From the NCBI RefSeq assembly GCF_009914755.1, contig NC_060937.1: DNA of 64,000 nucleotides. The stretch is one strand, 5' to 3'. This document shows, piece by piece, positions 42,001 to 55,943 of this stretch (within the stretch, counting starts at the first letter, position 1; the number at the start of each line of letters is the position of its first letter). The DNA comes from the human T2T-CHM13v2.0 reference genome, Homo sapiens. A program made the position numbers and the translations under genes. The notes below the pieces were generated by a model. That model was not told the DNA's origin and made no database searches. It saw only the letters and a program-made list of their open reading frames with translations.

Positions 42001-43709
42001 TGTAATGTTTGGATAATATACGCATTGAGAATTCGTTATTTACTTGTTATTTATTGTTTTACATATGCTAGCTACAGAAATTATACAAACCTTCAAAATT
42101 TGGCTATTTATTCTGGTCATATAGGAGGTTATTTAAATGAATCTTTTTTTATGTGTTTGTGTGTGTGTATACACGTATATAATATAGATATACATGATAG
42201 ATATACATCTTAACATACATTTTGTCTCTAACTATACACAGTCTGTTTCACAAGTTCAAAGATGTGTCTTTTCACATTTTAACAATTTTGAAAAATTTCC
42301 GTATTGTAAAATGCTATTAGAATATACCTACCAGCCATTACAAGGAAGAACAAGTTGTGAGGAAGAATACGACCTTGTTGGATTACTAGACACAATCTGC
42401 TCTCAAATGTAAGGAATAATTGTTCATGTTATATAGAGAGATTTTAAAACAATAATGATAATGACTAAAAGTGAGTCTGTTTCCTGTTATCATCATGTAC
42501 AGGTAATTCTAAACAGTCAGTGATAAAATATTACTTGCTGAAAAAATAGACACTCTGCCAAAAAAAAAAACTGCTCTTTAAAGTTTTATGGATGTATTTC
42601 TAATATTTAAATTATTTTAAAATTTAGTATCTTTTGTAAATCAATTTAATTATGAACGTTATTATCATCAAATTGGAAATGCAGATGAAACTATAATCTC
42701 CAGAAACAATACTAATCATTGAGGCTGTAAGAGACAGAAATTATCAGTGTCCAATTGTTGATAATTAAGTAAACCAATGAAATCACAAGTGAAGAACACT
42801 AACATTCAAATTCTTATTTTGACATTTAGAAAAAAGTGAGGTTCTTCAAAATAAGTATGAGCTTGCACAAAGAGTAAAAACATGTTACGTTATAGCACTT
42901 CTTATTCTTTTTCATTATAAAAATAGCTATTATAAATTCATGTATTTCTCCAATAGCTAACGTGAAAATTTCTTTTGTTGCTTAACAAGCTGTTTATAAT
43001 AAATGTAACAATAGGTAATTAAATTGTCTCTTGGTCTCACATCTCTCAATTTTACACAGAAAAAAAATAATATAAAGACTGACTATGAGAAGTTTACGGC
43101 TTTATGTCTCTAAGACACCTTTGTACATAAAATTAATTTTCGACCAAACAATATATTATAAAGCATGACAACATCATTATTTGTATTGTTGCAGTGGCTT
43201 ATATAGGCAAACTTCGTAAAAAAAATTATTGTGTATCTTCATATAATGACACCTGTGTAATACATAATGCAACACCCTCTATATGAAGAAATACTTTCTT
43301 ATAATGGGAACAAAACATATATATAACTTCTAAAAGTGAGTCATAAGTTCTCAAAGAATAAATAATATTTCCAAGGGATTAAAATGGTAAAATCTAACAG
43401 AGATAATTGAACATTCAAGGGCATTTCCACATATCTTCTGAGCAAAGAAATGCAATCAAACACCACCATTTCCCCAGATCTTAACTCTAGATAAACTCCT
43501 TGATGCTAACTTGAGCAATCAGAATAAACAAGTAAACTGAAATGAAATAAAATAAAGAGCGTAACAGTTAATGCTAAGGGTCTCATTTGTTTGTTTTAAA
43601 TATTCAAATACTATCTTTTATATAAAAAAACCAAAATAAGGAAAAACTCCATAGATAGAAGAAAATAAACCATCAAATCATAAATAATATTTATATATGA
43701 TTTTTTAAA

Positions 43710-44362
43710 TGTTTATTATATTTGTTTATTTTCATTGATACATATTAGATGTTCATATTTTGGGGGTACATGTGACAATTTGGTACATTTACATAATCAA
43801 ATCAGGGTAACTGGGATATCCATCACCTTAAATATTTATAATTTCTTTAGGAACATTCAAATTATTCTCTTCTCTATTTTGAAGTCTACAAACAACTATG
43901 TTAACTATAGTCACCCCACTAATCCTCAAGTTTTATTTCTTCTGTGTAAGAGTATATATTTACCTATTAATTAACCTTTCTTTATCTATTTCCTCCACTC
44001 TTCTCCACCCCTCCTGGCCTCTGGTAACCAGTAATTTCTCTCTTCAGGAGATACACTTCTTAAATCTTCCACATATGAGTAAGAACATGCAATATTTGTC
44101 TTCTTGTGCTTGGTTTATTTCACTTACCATAATGACCTCCAGATCCATCCATGTTACTACAGATGATAGGATTTTATTATATGTTATGGCTGAATTATAT
44201 TCCATTGTGTATATATGCCACATTTTCTTTATCCATTCACTCACTGATGGACACAGATTGAGTCCATATTTTGCCTTTCATGAATAGTGCTGCAAAAACA
44301 CAGGCACGCAGGTATCTCTTTGATATGTAGATTTCCTTTTTTTGAATATACCCCCGGCAGCA
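43710..44362 (-). mobile_element. L1MA (MA4/5-like) 3' end
   Basis: ORF2 tail peptide EWIKKMWHIYTMEYNSAI..WMDLEVIMVSEINQAQEDKYCMF; ATCAAATCAGGGTAACTGGGATATCCATCACC. Confidence 0.9.
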
Positions 44363-44385
44363 GAAGTGTTCTTTTAAAAATTCAA

Positions 44386-44495
44386 GGCCCGGCGCGGTGG
44401 CTCAAGCCTGTAATCCCAGCACTTTGGGAGGCTGAGGCGGGCGGATCACAAGGTCAGAAGATTAAGACCATCCTGGCTAACATGGTGAAACCCCA
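44386..44495 (+). mobile_element. AluY-type left-arm fragment, 3' part and tail missing
   Basis: GGCCCGGCGCGGTGGCTC..GACCATCCTGGCTAACATGGTGAAACCCC then abrupt end. Confidence 0.9.
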
Positions 44496-44601
44496 TTGAC
44501 ACTATATTCTATTGATATCTGGACTTTGGTATTAAAATCTAACAATATGAAATTTTATACCTTGAGCATTCATATTAATTCTCATAAATTAATACCATAT
44601 A

Positions 44602-46327
44602 CAGACATACCTTATTGAATTTTGCTTCATTTTACTGCACTTCACAGATACTGTGATTTTTATACAAATAAAAGGCTTGTGTCAAGCCTGAATCATACAG
44701 GACTATCAGAATTATTTTTCCAACAGCACATGCTCACTTCATGTTTCTGTGTCACATTTTGGTAATTCTCACAATGTTTTAAACTTTTAAAATTATTATT
44801 ATAATTATTATTGTGATCTGTGATCAGTAATCTTTGCTGTTACTTTTGTAATAGTTTTGGGGTGCCACAAATCATGCTCATATAAATGGCCAGCAAACTT
44901 GATGCATAAATGCTGTGTGTGTTCTGACTGCTCCCTCAACGGGCCGTTTCCCCGTCTCTCTCCCTCTCCTCAGGCCTCCCTTTTCCCTAAGACACAACAA
45001 TTGAAAGCAGGCCAATTAAGAACTCTTCGCTGGCCTCTAAGTGTTCATATAAAAGAGTCACATGTCTCTCACTTTAAATAAAAAACTAGAAATAATTAAG
45101 CTTAGTGAGAAAGGCATGTTGAAAGCTGAGACAGGCCTGAAAGCTGGACCTCTTGTGCCAGTTAGCAAAGTTCTGAATTCAAAATAAAAGTTTTGAAGGA
45201 AATTACAAGTGCTACTTCAGTGAACATATGAACGATGAGAAGCCAAAACAGCCTTGTTGATCATATGGAGAAATTTTAGCGGTCTGAAGAGATCAAATCA
45301 GCCACCTAATCCAGGGCAATTCCTGACTTCAAGTCTCTGAAGGCTGAGTGAGATGAGGAAGCTGCTGAAGAGAAATTGAAGCTAGTAGAGACTTGGTTCT
45401 TGTCGTTTAACAAACGGAGCTATTTCCAGAACATAACAGTGCAAGGTGAAGCAGCAAGTGCTGGTGTAGCAGCTGCAGCAGATTATCCAGAAGATCTAGC
45501 TAAGATAATTTTTGAAGGTGGCTACACCAAACAATACATTTTCAATGTAGTAGAAACAACCTTCTATTGGAAAAAGATACCATCAAGGACTTCCATAGCT
45601 AGAGAGGACAAGTCAATTCCTGGCTTCAAAGCTTTAAAAGACAGGTGGGTGTGGTGGCACAGGCCTGTTGTCCCAGAGGGTTGAGGTAGAAACACTGCTT
45701 GAGCACAAGTGTTCAAGTCCAGCCTGTGCACCATTGCAAGACCCCATCCATTAAAAAAAAGTATTCAAAGAACAGGTTTCAAAGGACAAATGACTCTTAC
45801 AAGGGACTAATGCAGCTGGGGAACTTAGGTGGAAGCCAATGCTCATTTATCATTCTGAATAGTCTAGGGTCCTTAAGATTTATCCTAAATTGACTCAGCC
45901 TATGCCCTAGAAATGGAACAACAAAGTCTGGATAACAACATATCCAATTACAACATGGCTTATTGAATATTTTAAACTCGCTGTAGAAACCTACTTTACA
46001 AGAAAAAAAATTTCTTTTAAATTATTATTGCTCATTGACAATGCACTTAAGAGATCTGATGAAGAGGTACAATGAGATGAATGTTGTTTTCTTGCCTGCT
46101 AACACAACACCTTTTCTGCAGCCCATGGATCAAGGAGTAATTTTGACATTGAAGTCTTATTAGTTAAGAAATATAGTTTGTAAGGCTATAACTGCTATAG
46201 ATAACGATTCCTCTGATGACTCTGGGAAAGTAAATTGAAAGAAATTAGTGTGACTCACTTTCTTGCAATATTTGCTTTTTTGCAAGTTGTCTGGAAGTGC
46301 ACCTGCAATATCTCTGAGGTATGACTG
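44602..46327 (+). mobile_element. Tigger1 (TcMar-pogo) DNA transposon, internally deleted, both ends present
   Basis: TA-flanked TIRs CAGACATACCT / AGGTATGACTG; transposase remnant [30 protein letters not shown] (45376-45645) and LQPMDQGVI codons near 46116; 3' transposase part absent after ~46240. Confidence 0.93.
45645..45760 (+). mobile_element. Alu monomer (FLAM/FAM-like) nested in Tigger1
   Basis: GGGTGTGGTGGCACAGGCCTGT..TCCAGCCTG..GCAAGACCCCATC followed by A-run; ~115 bp. Confidence 0.75.
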
Positions 46328-47184
46328 TATTCCCACATCTGTTTAAGCTATCTTCTGTCTATCTATCTATATCAGTCGTTCTAACTAATATATATATAAT
46401 ATTTATGCATGTGATAGCAGTGTAAATATAAGTAGATTAATTCAACAAACCCTCTCTAGAAGGCTTTAATCTTCTTAGATTCTGTTCTGTTTTCCTAAAC
46501 ACCAAAATTTATCTTCCAAATTCCAGTTCTCTAACAGTAAGAAGACATTTTTCACATTTCTTTAGTAACACTTTCAGGAATCTGACAAAATGTAGTACAT
46601 GATCTAGTAATATCTTCAATATTTTAGTTTTACAGGAATTTGGTTCTTTCGACCCATAGTTTCAGAACATTTTTTTAATGGCATGTGCTAAAGATACATT
46701 TCAACCTCTGGTTTTTCTGTATTTACTGAATTATAGTTGAGAAAAATAGGTTAAGAAAAAAAAAGAAAGTATTAAAGTTGGAGTGGGTTGTTGAATCAGG
46801 CATATCACAGGCTATCCCAGAACAGGACCAACACTTTAGGAAAGTGGGTGATTTACACTGAAGAAAGTCATAAGTGCTAAATCTGTTACTATTTACCTCA
46901 GCTATCTGTCCTCTTTTTAAAAAGGTTTGCTTGAGTGTGAGGCATGCTTATGTTGCCAATGGTTGTTCTCTATCCAGGTTAGTTGGCTTCTTTTTGACTG
47001 TGTTTTCCTTTGAATTTAATTTTTTCTTCTCTACATTCATAGATTTTAAAAATAGAAACTGTGATTAATAGAATTGTAATGCTTTAAATTTTTTTCTCTG
47101 TGGTGGTGGTGTTAGTAGAGGTGTGTTGCTTGCATGTACGCATGATTTTCTAAAATGAGTTTACAATGATATATGTTACCCATT

Positions 47185-47452
47185 ACTGACTGAGTAGCTA
47201 TCTTGGTTTGCAGATCAATGGTCCCAGTATCATAGTGCTTTTGTTCATGTAACCTTCATTTTACTTAATAATGGCACCAAAGTGCAAGAGTAGTGATGCT
47301 GGAAATGTGACTATGCCAAAGACAACTTGCAAAGTGGTTCCTTTAAGTGAGGAGGTGTAACTTACCGACTTAATATGGAAAGGAAAACAATTACCTACTC
47401 ATGTTGCTAATATCTACAGTAAGAGTGAATTTTATATCTGTGAAACTGTGAA
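47185..47452 (+). mobile_element. MER44/Tigger7 DNA transposon fragment
   Basis: TTTTACTTAATAATGGC.CCAAAGTGCAAGAGTAGTGATGCTGG..CCTTTAAGTGA. Confidence 0.8.
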
Positions 47453-47504
47453 TGTTAAGAATATATTTGTCCTCAAGGTCTCCTATACATGCAGTGGATT
47501 TAAC

Positions 47505-48245
47505 GTACCATATGATCCAGCAATCCCATTATTGGATATATATTCAAAGGAAATGAAATCAGTCTGCAAATCCAAGTATGTTACAGCACTATTCACAATA
47601 GCCAATATATGGAGTCAACCTGAATGCCCATCTCATGATTAATGAATAAAGGAAACATTATATATATATATATATATGGAATATATATATACACATAGTA
47701 TAATACAATGGATTATAGTTCAACTGTAAAACAGGATAAAATCTTGTAACTTGTGGCAACATGGATGGATGAACCTAGACCACATTATGTTAAGTGAAAT
47801 AAGCCAGGTACAAAGAGACAAACACTGCATAATCTCACTCACATGTAAAATCTAAAAAAGTCAATTTCATAAAAATAGAGAGTAGAATAGTGATTATAGT
47901 GATTACCAGAGGCTGGGGAGAGTAGGGGTGTTGGGGGAACTGAATAAGGTTGACCAATGAATACAATGTTACAGCTAGAAAGGAAGACTAAGCTTTGGTG
48001 TTCTATTACACAGGAGGATGACTATAGCAAATAACAATGTATTTTATATTTCAAAACAGCTAGAAGAGATTTTGAATGTTTCTACGAAAGAAATAATAAA
48101 TTTTTAAAGCAATGGATATGATATGACCTCAATTTCATCATTATACTATGTATATGTGCATTACCACATCACATTGTACCCCATGAATATGTACAATTAT
48201 TATGTGTTAATTATAAAAACATTAAATATATTTTATTAAAAAAAC
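47505..48245 (+). mobile_element. L1MA (MA6-8-like) 3' end with internal (TA)n
   Basis: CCATATGATCCAGCAATCCCA, TTAAGTGAAATAAGCCAGG, AGAGAGTAGAATAGTG, CACATTGTACCCCATGAATATGTACAATTAT. Confidence 0.88.
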
Positions 48246-48549
48246 ATAATTAAGAATTAGCATGAACAGGCACTGACCTTTTTGTGGTGACTTTACACGT
48301 AGCTATCTGGACCCATACAAGAAGAATAATGAGGTTCACATTAGCATATCCTTATTTTAAAGAATCATCTAATATTAATCATATTTATGTCCTTGAAAGT
48401 AAATTATAAAAATAAACTATAAGTTTTAAATATGGATCTTTGTGAATTCCTAACAGAATAAACTAACGTAAATTAATATAATCAAATAAATTTAGTAAAA
48501 CTGATGCCTCCAAATACATACTAAAATTTGAAAAAAGTCATAATTTTAG

Positions 48550-49210
48550 CTTTCAGCCTTTGGATCAGAGAAGGCCAAGGTGCATCCTTATTTGATTGCC
48601 CAATATCTAGCTTCATGTGACACCTCCCGCCTCCACAATGTCGCCTAAATTCAACCACAATGAGTTCAAAGTCACATAACTGAAGTACTCTGGTGACAAA
48701 GCTGGTGCAGCATCTGCCCTGGCCCCCAAGATCAGCCCCCTGGGTCTACCTTCAGCAAAGATTGGCAATAATATCACCAAGGCAACCCATGACTGGGAGG
48801 GTCCGAGGATTACAGTGAAACTGACCATTTAGAACCGACAAGCCCAGATTGAGGGGGTGCTTTTTGCCTCTGGCCTGATCATCGAATCCCTGAAGGAACT
48901 GCTAGGAGAAAGAAACAGAACATCAAACATAGTGAAAAGATCACTTTTGATGAGATTGTCAACATTTCCCAACACATGCATTGCTGATCTTTAGCCAGAG
49001 AGTCTTCTAAAACCATTAAAGATATTCTCGGTACTACCCAGAATGTGGGCTACACCACTGTTGCTGCCACCTTTATGGTATCATAGATTGCATAAACAGA
49101 GGTATGTGCAATGCCAAGGTATGTGCAATGCCCAGATAGTAAGATATAAGGGAAATATCTCAACAAAGGTTCACTTGACAACCAAAATAAAAAGAAAATT
49201 AATTGTATAA
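48550..49210 (+). pseudogene. RPL12: Full-length processed pseudogene of 60S ribosomal protein L12 (uL11)
   Basis: ATG 48638: [68 protein letters not shown]; stops at 48677 and 48830, frameshift ~48910; 5'UTR (AGGCCAAGGTGCA), 3'UTR, A-rich tail ~49183; TSD core TCATAATTT at 48538 and 49211. Confidence 0.96.
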
Positions 49211-49558
49211 TCATAATTTAAAATGGGAAAGAAATCTTAGTTAAAATATATCCAGTAGAGTTTTAATTAAAAATTATAAAGTTCATAATCTCAAGCATTA
49301 GTTGGCTTGATTTGCCTTGTATATAACTGTTATCCTCAGACCTTTCCACTCACTGGTTGCTTTGGTGATATTATCACCACCCTTTCTTTGCTAAAGGTAG
49401 ACAGAGGGGGCTGACCTTGGGGGCTCAAGCAGTTGCTGTACCAAGACCGTATCATTTAGAAACAGATACAGCCTTCTTATGGAAATTTTTACCACATACT
49501 CTAATTTTAGTGTCCAGTTTTGTTAGTTTATAATTATATATAAATATTTAAACATAAT

Positions 49559-49933
49559 TGTATTGGTCCGTTCTCACGTTGCTAAAAAAGACACACCTGA
49601 GACTCAGTAATTTACAAAGGAAAGAGGTTTGACTCACACCTAGCATGGCTGGAGAGGCCTCAGGAAGCCTACGATCGTGGCAGAAGATAAAGTAAAAACG
49701 TCCTTCTTCATGGGGTGGCAGCAAGGAGAAGTGCAGAGTGAAGGGAGGAGGGGAAAATCCTTTGTAAAACCATCAGGTCTTGTGAGAACTCACTCACTAT
49801 CACAAGAACAGCATGGAGGTAACTGCCCCCATGATTCAATTACCTCCCACCAGGTCCCTCCCACTACACATGAGGATTATGGGAACTATAATTCAAAATG
49901 AAATTTGGGTGGGAACACAGCCAAGCCATATCA
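49559..49933 (-). mobile_element. THE1 (THE1C-like) solo LTR
   Basis: TGTATTGGTCCGTTCTCAC..CACAGCCAAGCCATATCA; perfect 5-bp TSD ATAAT (49554, 49934). Confidence 0.93.
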
Positions 49934-50459
49934 ATAATATTAGTTTATAAGTAAACGTTCCTTATGTGAAGAAAAAAGTTTTACCTGAAAATACTATTAT
50001 TTTAGATGTCATTGATGCCTTAAAATTTAGATGTGTACAAGCTTATTGTTGTTTATGAATTATAATCTTGTTTCTACCTATTCAGTAAATTTAACAAATC
50101 TCTATATTAGTTCAAATATATTTTGACTTCCTCTCATATTTAAGTTATTATTAAGAAATTCAAACAACATTTGAAATTGAATCAATACTGTATCTATAAA
50201 ACATATTTGAAAAAATCTGAGATTTATATATTTTATATTTTTATATTAACTTATTTCCCATTTCTAAATTTTTTTTTCCTGAGGAAAATGGAATTTGTCA
50301 CAGTTTCCTTTTAAATCAATGATGTCCTTGCTAGGTTAGGAGGTTCCTTGAAAAATAGTAGTCATTATGTGGTCCATAAAATATACATCTCACTGATGCT
50401 CACATATTCGTTCCAAAGACAAGATAAAATGTATCTACTGATAGGTAGGCATGCTGATA

Positions 50460-50895
50460 TTTCTTAAGTTCTGAAGAATAATTGGGATGTCTTCCCAGAA
50501 TACAAAAATGAGAGAAGGGTGCCACTGACAAAAACAACTATATTCCAGTCAACTGGAGTAATTAGAGCTAGGCAGACAGACAAGAGAAGTAAGGCTCATA
50601 GGTAGGCAATGGACTAAATCTTTAATGGAGTTTTAGCAAACATGAGTTTTGGCTTTTGGCTTTGAGAAAGAGCAAAGGAAACTAATGAACTAAGTTAAAA
50701 CTGAATGTGATGTGATCATAGTTTCATAAAAGCACTGTTTTTCCCACTCTATGGAAAATTTTAAAATGGGTGCACTAAAAACATATGTAAATCTGTTAGG
50801 AAGATTTTTCTTAATGCTCCGAGTGGGAGGTGAAGATAGACCCAACTGGAACAGTATTGGGAGAGATCTCTAATTTTAGGAATCTACAGACCAAG
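50460..50895 (-). mobile_element. Degraded L2 fragment
   Basis: AGGTAGGCAATGGACTAAATC..GAGTTTTGGCTTT..TGTGATGTGATC..ATCTGTTAGGAAG. Confidence 0.5.
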
Positions 50896-51002
50896 GTAGA
50901 TTTCTCATAATTACTCTTTAATTCATGTTTTAAGTGCACAAATATTACTGAGTAGCATCTCTCAATTTGACAACAACAGAGTATCAAAATATATTTTTAC
51001 CA

Positions 51003-51329
<327 letters not shown>

Positions 51330-52691
51330 CCTTAACATTTGAAAGCAAAAGCCAATAGATATGCCTTATAGTACAGTCATGTAAATTACGGCATGTGAGG
51401 TAAAATTTGTGACAATAATCTTTTCCTTAAAAGACAAACTGAAAGTTGCAGTGATCTTTATCTCCAGGATTTATACTGGTACTCTGGAAAAATACAGCAA
51501 AGAAAATTAATAAATCAGGTATTGTTTAGTAGAATAGTCTTATCTTCCAATGATAAGTAAAAGCTATATAATTATCTCTACTTATGTGTATAATTTTGCC
51601 AACTGTTTTAAACATTTGATTTAATCTTTTATTTTAAATGAAATAACTACAAGTTGTTTAGTATTCTAGTGCTGTACACTGGCTACTTTTTTGAAATACT
51701 CGAAAAAGCTTTTCACTCTGGAATCAATTTTTAAATTGCCATTAAAATTTTTCCTTTCTTTTCACCTAGTGCCTTATCATGGTGAAAGTGTAGAGAGGGA
51801 AGAAGCATATCAAAGACCAAATGACCTTGTTCATAGAATTGGTTTTTCTAATCTCCAAGGTGTAACCCCTTGCTTAAACTCACAACTTTCTTCTTTCTCA
51901 TATAAACAATTGATTTATTTTTTTCTATAAAACATATCTAAAAACACATATTCAATGATCAAAGCTCCTCACTTTGAAAATATTCTTCGTTTTTATTCCA
52001 GGTTATCTAATATTTATGGTGATTTCTTACCTATATTATGTCTACCTTTGGGGAAAATATCAGAATTTATTTGATGAACTAAAAGTTTACTGATGATTGA
52101 TTATATGAACATTTAGTAAAATTGTGGCATTTTATCAATTTTATGTACTACCTCTAAGCAAGGTATTTATGTTTCTTGAAAATGAAAAAAATCATAATTC
52201 TTAAAAGCACCTTCAGCATCGTTGTTGGCTTATATCACATTTAGTAATAATATTAATATTTTTAAAAGCATACTTATAAAGTGTTGTTTTTTAGAATGAA
52301 TGTCAGACTATATCCATATGCACTCTTTTGTTTGTATGCCATGATATTTTAATTCTTACTACTTTGCTTGTGCCTATGTTTTTTCCATAGACATAACTGG
52401 GTACTTCAGAGTCTGATGGAAGGACTCTTTTGTTTGTATTAATGCTTGTATTCCACAGGTAGATGTGATAATATGTGACAATTTTACACTCACCTTTCTT
52501 ATTAAAAGTACAATACTTTACTATATTTGACCCAATTATTTAATATTACATATTGCTTCCATGTGACAAAAATATTTTGCAACTTTTTATCCTTAACTTC
52601 ATCAATATCTCATATTACAGAGTATTTTACTCAACTTAAAAAATAATTTTGACTTTTCTTTCTGTTTGTTCTTAATCCTTTTTAAAGTGAC

Positions 52692-52983
<292 letters not shown>

Positions 52984-53369
52984 CTAATATTTCTTAAAGT
53001 ACCCACAGGATATCTTTCTGATCTAAGAGGGACTTCTGCAACTTTAAATGATAAACCTATTGACCGTTTTATCTTTAGAGTGTATTTCTTTGCATCATTT
53101 TACTTTCCTCCCTTCTTCCCCCAACAAATACACTGAAAATTATAATTAAGTAAATAATGTTCCTTTCAGAATCATCAAGTAGTGTGATTGAATGTGTAAA
53201 GAAAGAGATGTAATCCTATCACAAAATCTTTGCCAGGATCTCCTCCTCTCTAGCTTTCTGTCTTACCATTTTGTTGTCAATTGCAGTGCTCTTTCTGTTG
53301 TTTATTTTATTGTTATTCATACCAATCATCACTTTATCATGTACCTTAATTTACTTATTTGTTGTGAAT

Positions 53370-53495
53370 ATTGCTTATTTCCTGCCTGTATCAATGTGAG
53401 TGTAAGTGTCAAGGGGTTGCAATGCCTTAGTTGCTTTATTCATTTGTCTAGCATACAGATTGTGTTTTATGCTCAATATTTATTGAATTAATAAA
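53370..53495 (+). mobile_element. L2 3' end fragment
   Basis: AATGTGAG..TCTAGCATACAG..GCTCAATATTTATTGAATTAAT. Confidence 0.5.
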
Positions 53496-54261
53496 AGCAT
53501 TAGTGCTCCTTAAACCTTCATCAACTATGCCCCTGATGATCAACCCCATAATGTGCCTGTCATACCTATTCACGTATGAATTTAAAAATGAGCAATATTC
53601 AGTCTCAAGCTAGGGATCTATTAAACAATACAGAATTAGTTGTAGCTTAACTACCACACACGTTAATTGAGTCAATTACAGACCAAACTGAACTAATAAA
53701 AATTTTTAAACTCATAGATAAATAAATTAGAGAGGAAAATGTTACTGTTATTTATGGAGCTTATATCAAATATGTAAACAAATTTTAAAAGTAATTAAAA
53801 TTTAACCAAAAACAACAGGGTTTTATGGAGTACTGTGCTGGAGAAAGGGGAGTCCACTAAGAGGGAAGGTTGACACTCAATACCTCTCAGAGAGGGACAT
53901 GTAATCAGGCAATTAAAATGGCATAGTGTAACCATTTGAGATCACATATGTAAGTAGGGCCAAGTTTATAATCTGTTATAGATCCTGGTAAAAAAAAATG
54001 TCGATATTATTCTAAGACTACAAGTAGCATAACCAGCACACTTAGCATCTGTTTTGTTTGTTTGTTTTTTCCACTCAAGAGAACTCTCTATTGAGCTCTT
54101 TCTTTGATTTTCCAGTTATAGAATACTAAGTATCTCTCATTCTCTTCAAACATGTGAATCTCAGTTTTACTCTCAGTTTTACCGACTCTCAATTCACACA
54201 AAAAAAATAGACATCAAAAGAAAAAAACACTTAAAATATTTCCACCATCCTAGGTTTAACA

Positions 54262-54377
54262 TCTGGGTGACAAAATAATCTATATAGCAAACCCTCATGA
54301 CACAAGTTTACTTATGTAATAAACCTGCATAAGTACCCCTGAACTTAAAAATAAAACATAAAAAAAGGAAAAAAAAA
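54262..54377 (+). mobile_element. Very short L1PA(13-16-like) 3' end
   Basis: CTGGGTGACAAAATAATCT..AAACCTGCA..GTACCCCTGAACTTAAAA plus A tail; TSD AAAATATTTCCACC / AAAGTGTTTCCACC. Confidence 0.85.
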
Positions 54378-55789
54378 GTGTTTCCACCCAAAATTACAAA
54401 TAAAATGTGAATTTGCAGTTATTCATATAAAATAATATAGTTTACAATATTAACATAATGTTACAATAAATATTATGCCTATCCTTCTTATTTAATACAC
54501 TCCTGGCCTTGCAGAGTTCTGCACTATGAACTATTTGTCCTCATTTTTCTAAATGTCATTTTTGGAAAAATCACATTATCACCTGTATGCTGAGCTAGTT
54601 ATCTCAATTTAATCAATGCATCAGTTGTCATTCTCATTACAACCACTTTGAAGACTTTTAAATCAACCAATCATGAAAGCCTAACTCTCTCTTAGAAATC
54701 TTTTCAATTTTAGAATCCACGTTAGAACTTCCAATACTGTATTTTGGGACCTATGTATTACAAAGGAAAGCATGTAAATGTAAGTTGAATGAGCCCCATA
54801 TATAGCTCAAGACTGCTACAATGGATATTTTGCATATTTCCTGAAATATCCATAGCAAATACTATTTTATTAGATGCTCAGGAGGTTCAGCTGAACAAAC
54901 CACTTTCCATGAGACATTGCTCTTATATCTCTCTTTATCTTCATCTTAGAAGACACTTACCTTTTAAATATATCACACCATGGGGACAAATTGTGAGGGA
55001 AATACTTGCTTTTTTCTATTCCAGTTAATCCTGAAGAAACATCCCTCTATGTTTTCTTTGTTGTAAAATTTGAATATTTCTACTACTCTTCTTATATTAT
55101 TATTCTATAAGGTATTTGCTGAGATACTTCTCACCACGTTTTATTGTGAGATCATGGAATGTGGAAGCTGGGTCTTAACTCATCTCCATATTCAGAGTAC
55201 CTGTTGAGTGTTTGGTTCATGATGAACAAGTAAACATTGAACAACAGCATTTTAAACACATTATCTGAAATTATATTGCACAATGTTAAGCCCAGCTTGC
55301 TTGGTCCATAATTACCCAGAAGCACTAAAAATGTCTTAATCCTCCAGCTTGTGAAATAATAGCTAATATTTTTGCATGCTTAAGTTTTATTCCATACATG
55401 CATCCTAGGAATTTTGTTAATTATATCTAACATGAATTGTGCATTTTATTGAAATACGTCGAATACATGTTGTTCATTTTGTTGAAATATATTAAAGGAA
55501 TTATTATCAGAATATTCAGATGCCAACCAATCACAATAAAAGTTGTTGAGTTGACCTATTAACAGTTACTCAATCCATGTCTTTGTGGAACTTGTTGAAC
55601 ATCAACACTTCCATAAAGTATACATAATGATATAAAGAAAAAACTTATAGTTAATAGTATTTCTATTTAAATATTTCAGTCTTAATGACATTATATAATT
55701 CTACATGATATTGAAAATGGGGAAGTCATGAGTCTTTTCCAAAGTAGTTATACTCCCTTGCTGTCCTTGCTTAATCCAATGCATGCTAA

Positions 55790-55943
55790 TTTTTTTTTAT
55801 TGTGGTAAAACACACATAGCATGGAATTTAGCATTTAAACATTTTAAGTGTACAATGCAGTAGTGTTAACTATATGCACATCATGTACAACAGACCTCCC
55901 AAAATTTTTCATCTTACAACACTGAGATTCTATAGCCATTGAA
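55790..55943 (-). mobile_element. L1MB-type 3' end fragment
   Basis: TTTTATTGTGGTAAAA..ATTTTAAGTGTACA..AGTAGTGTTAA. Confidence 0.8.

Noticed and set aside
45376-45684. Possible domesticated TIGD1-like gene
   Set aside because: Non-ATG fragment inside a decayed Tigger1; catalytic D mutated, Alu-interrupted, 3' part deleted
48613-48828. 71-aa minus-strand ORF
   Set aside because: Antisense shadow of the RPL12 pseudogene
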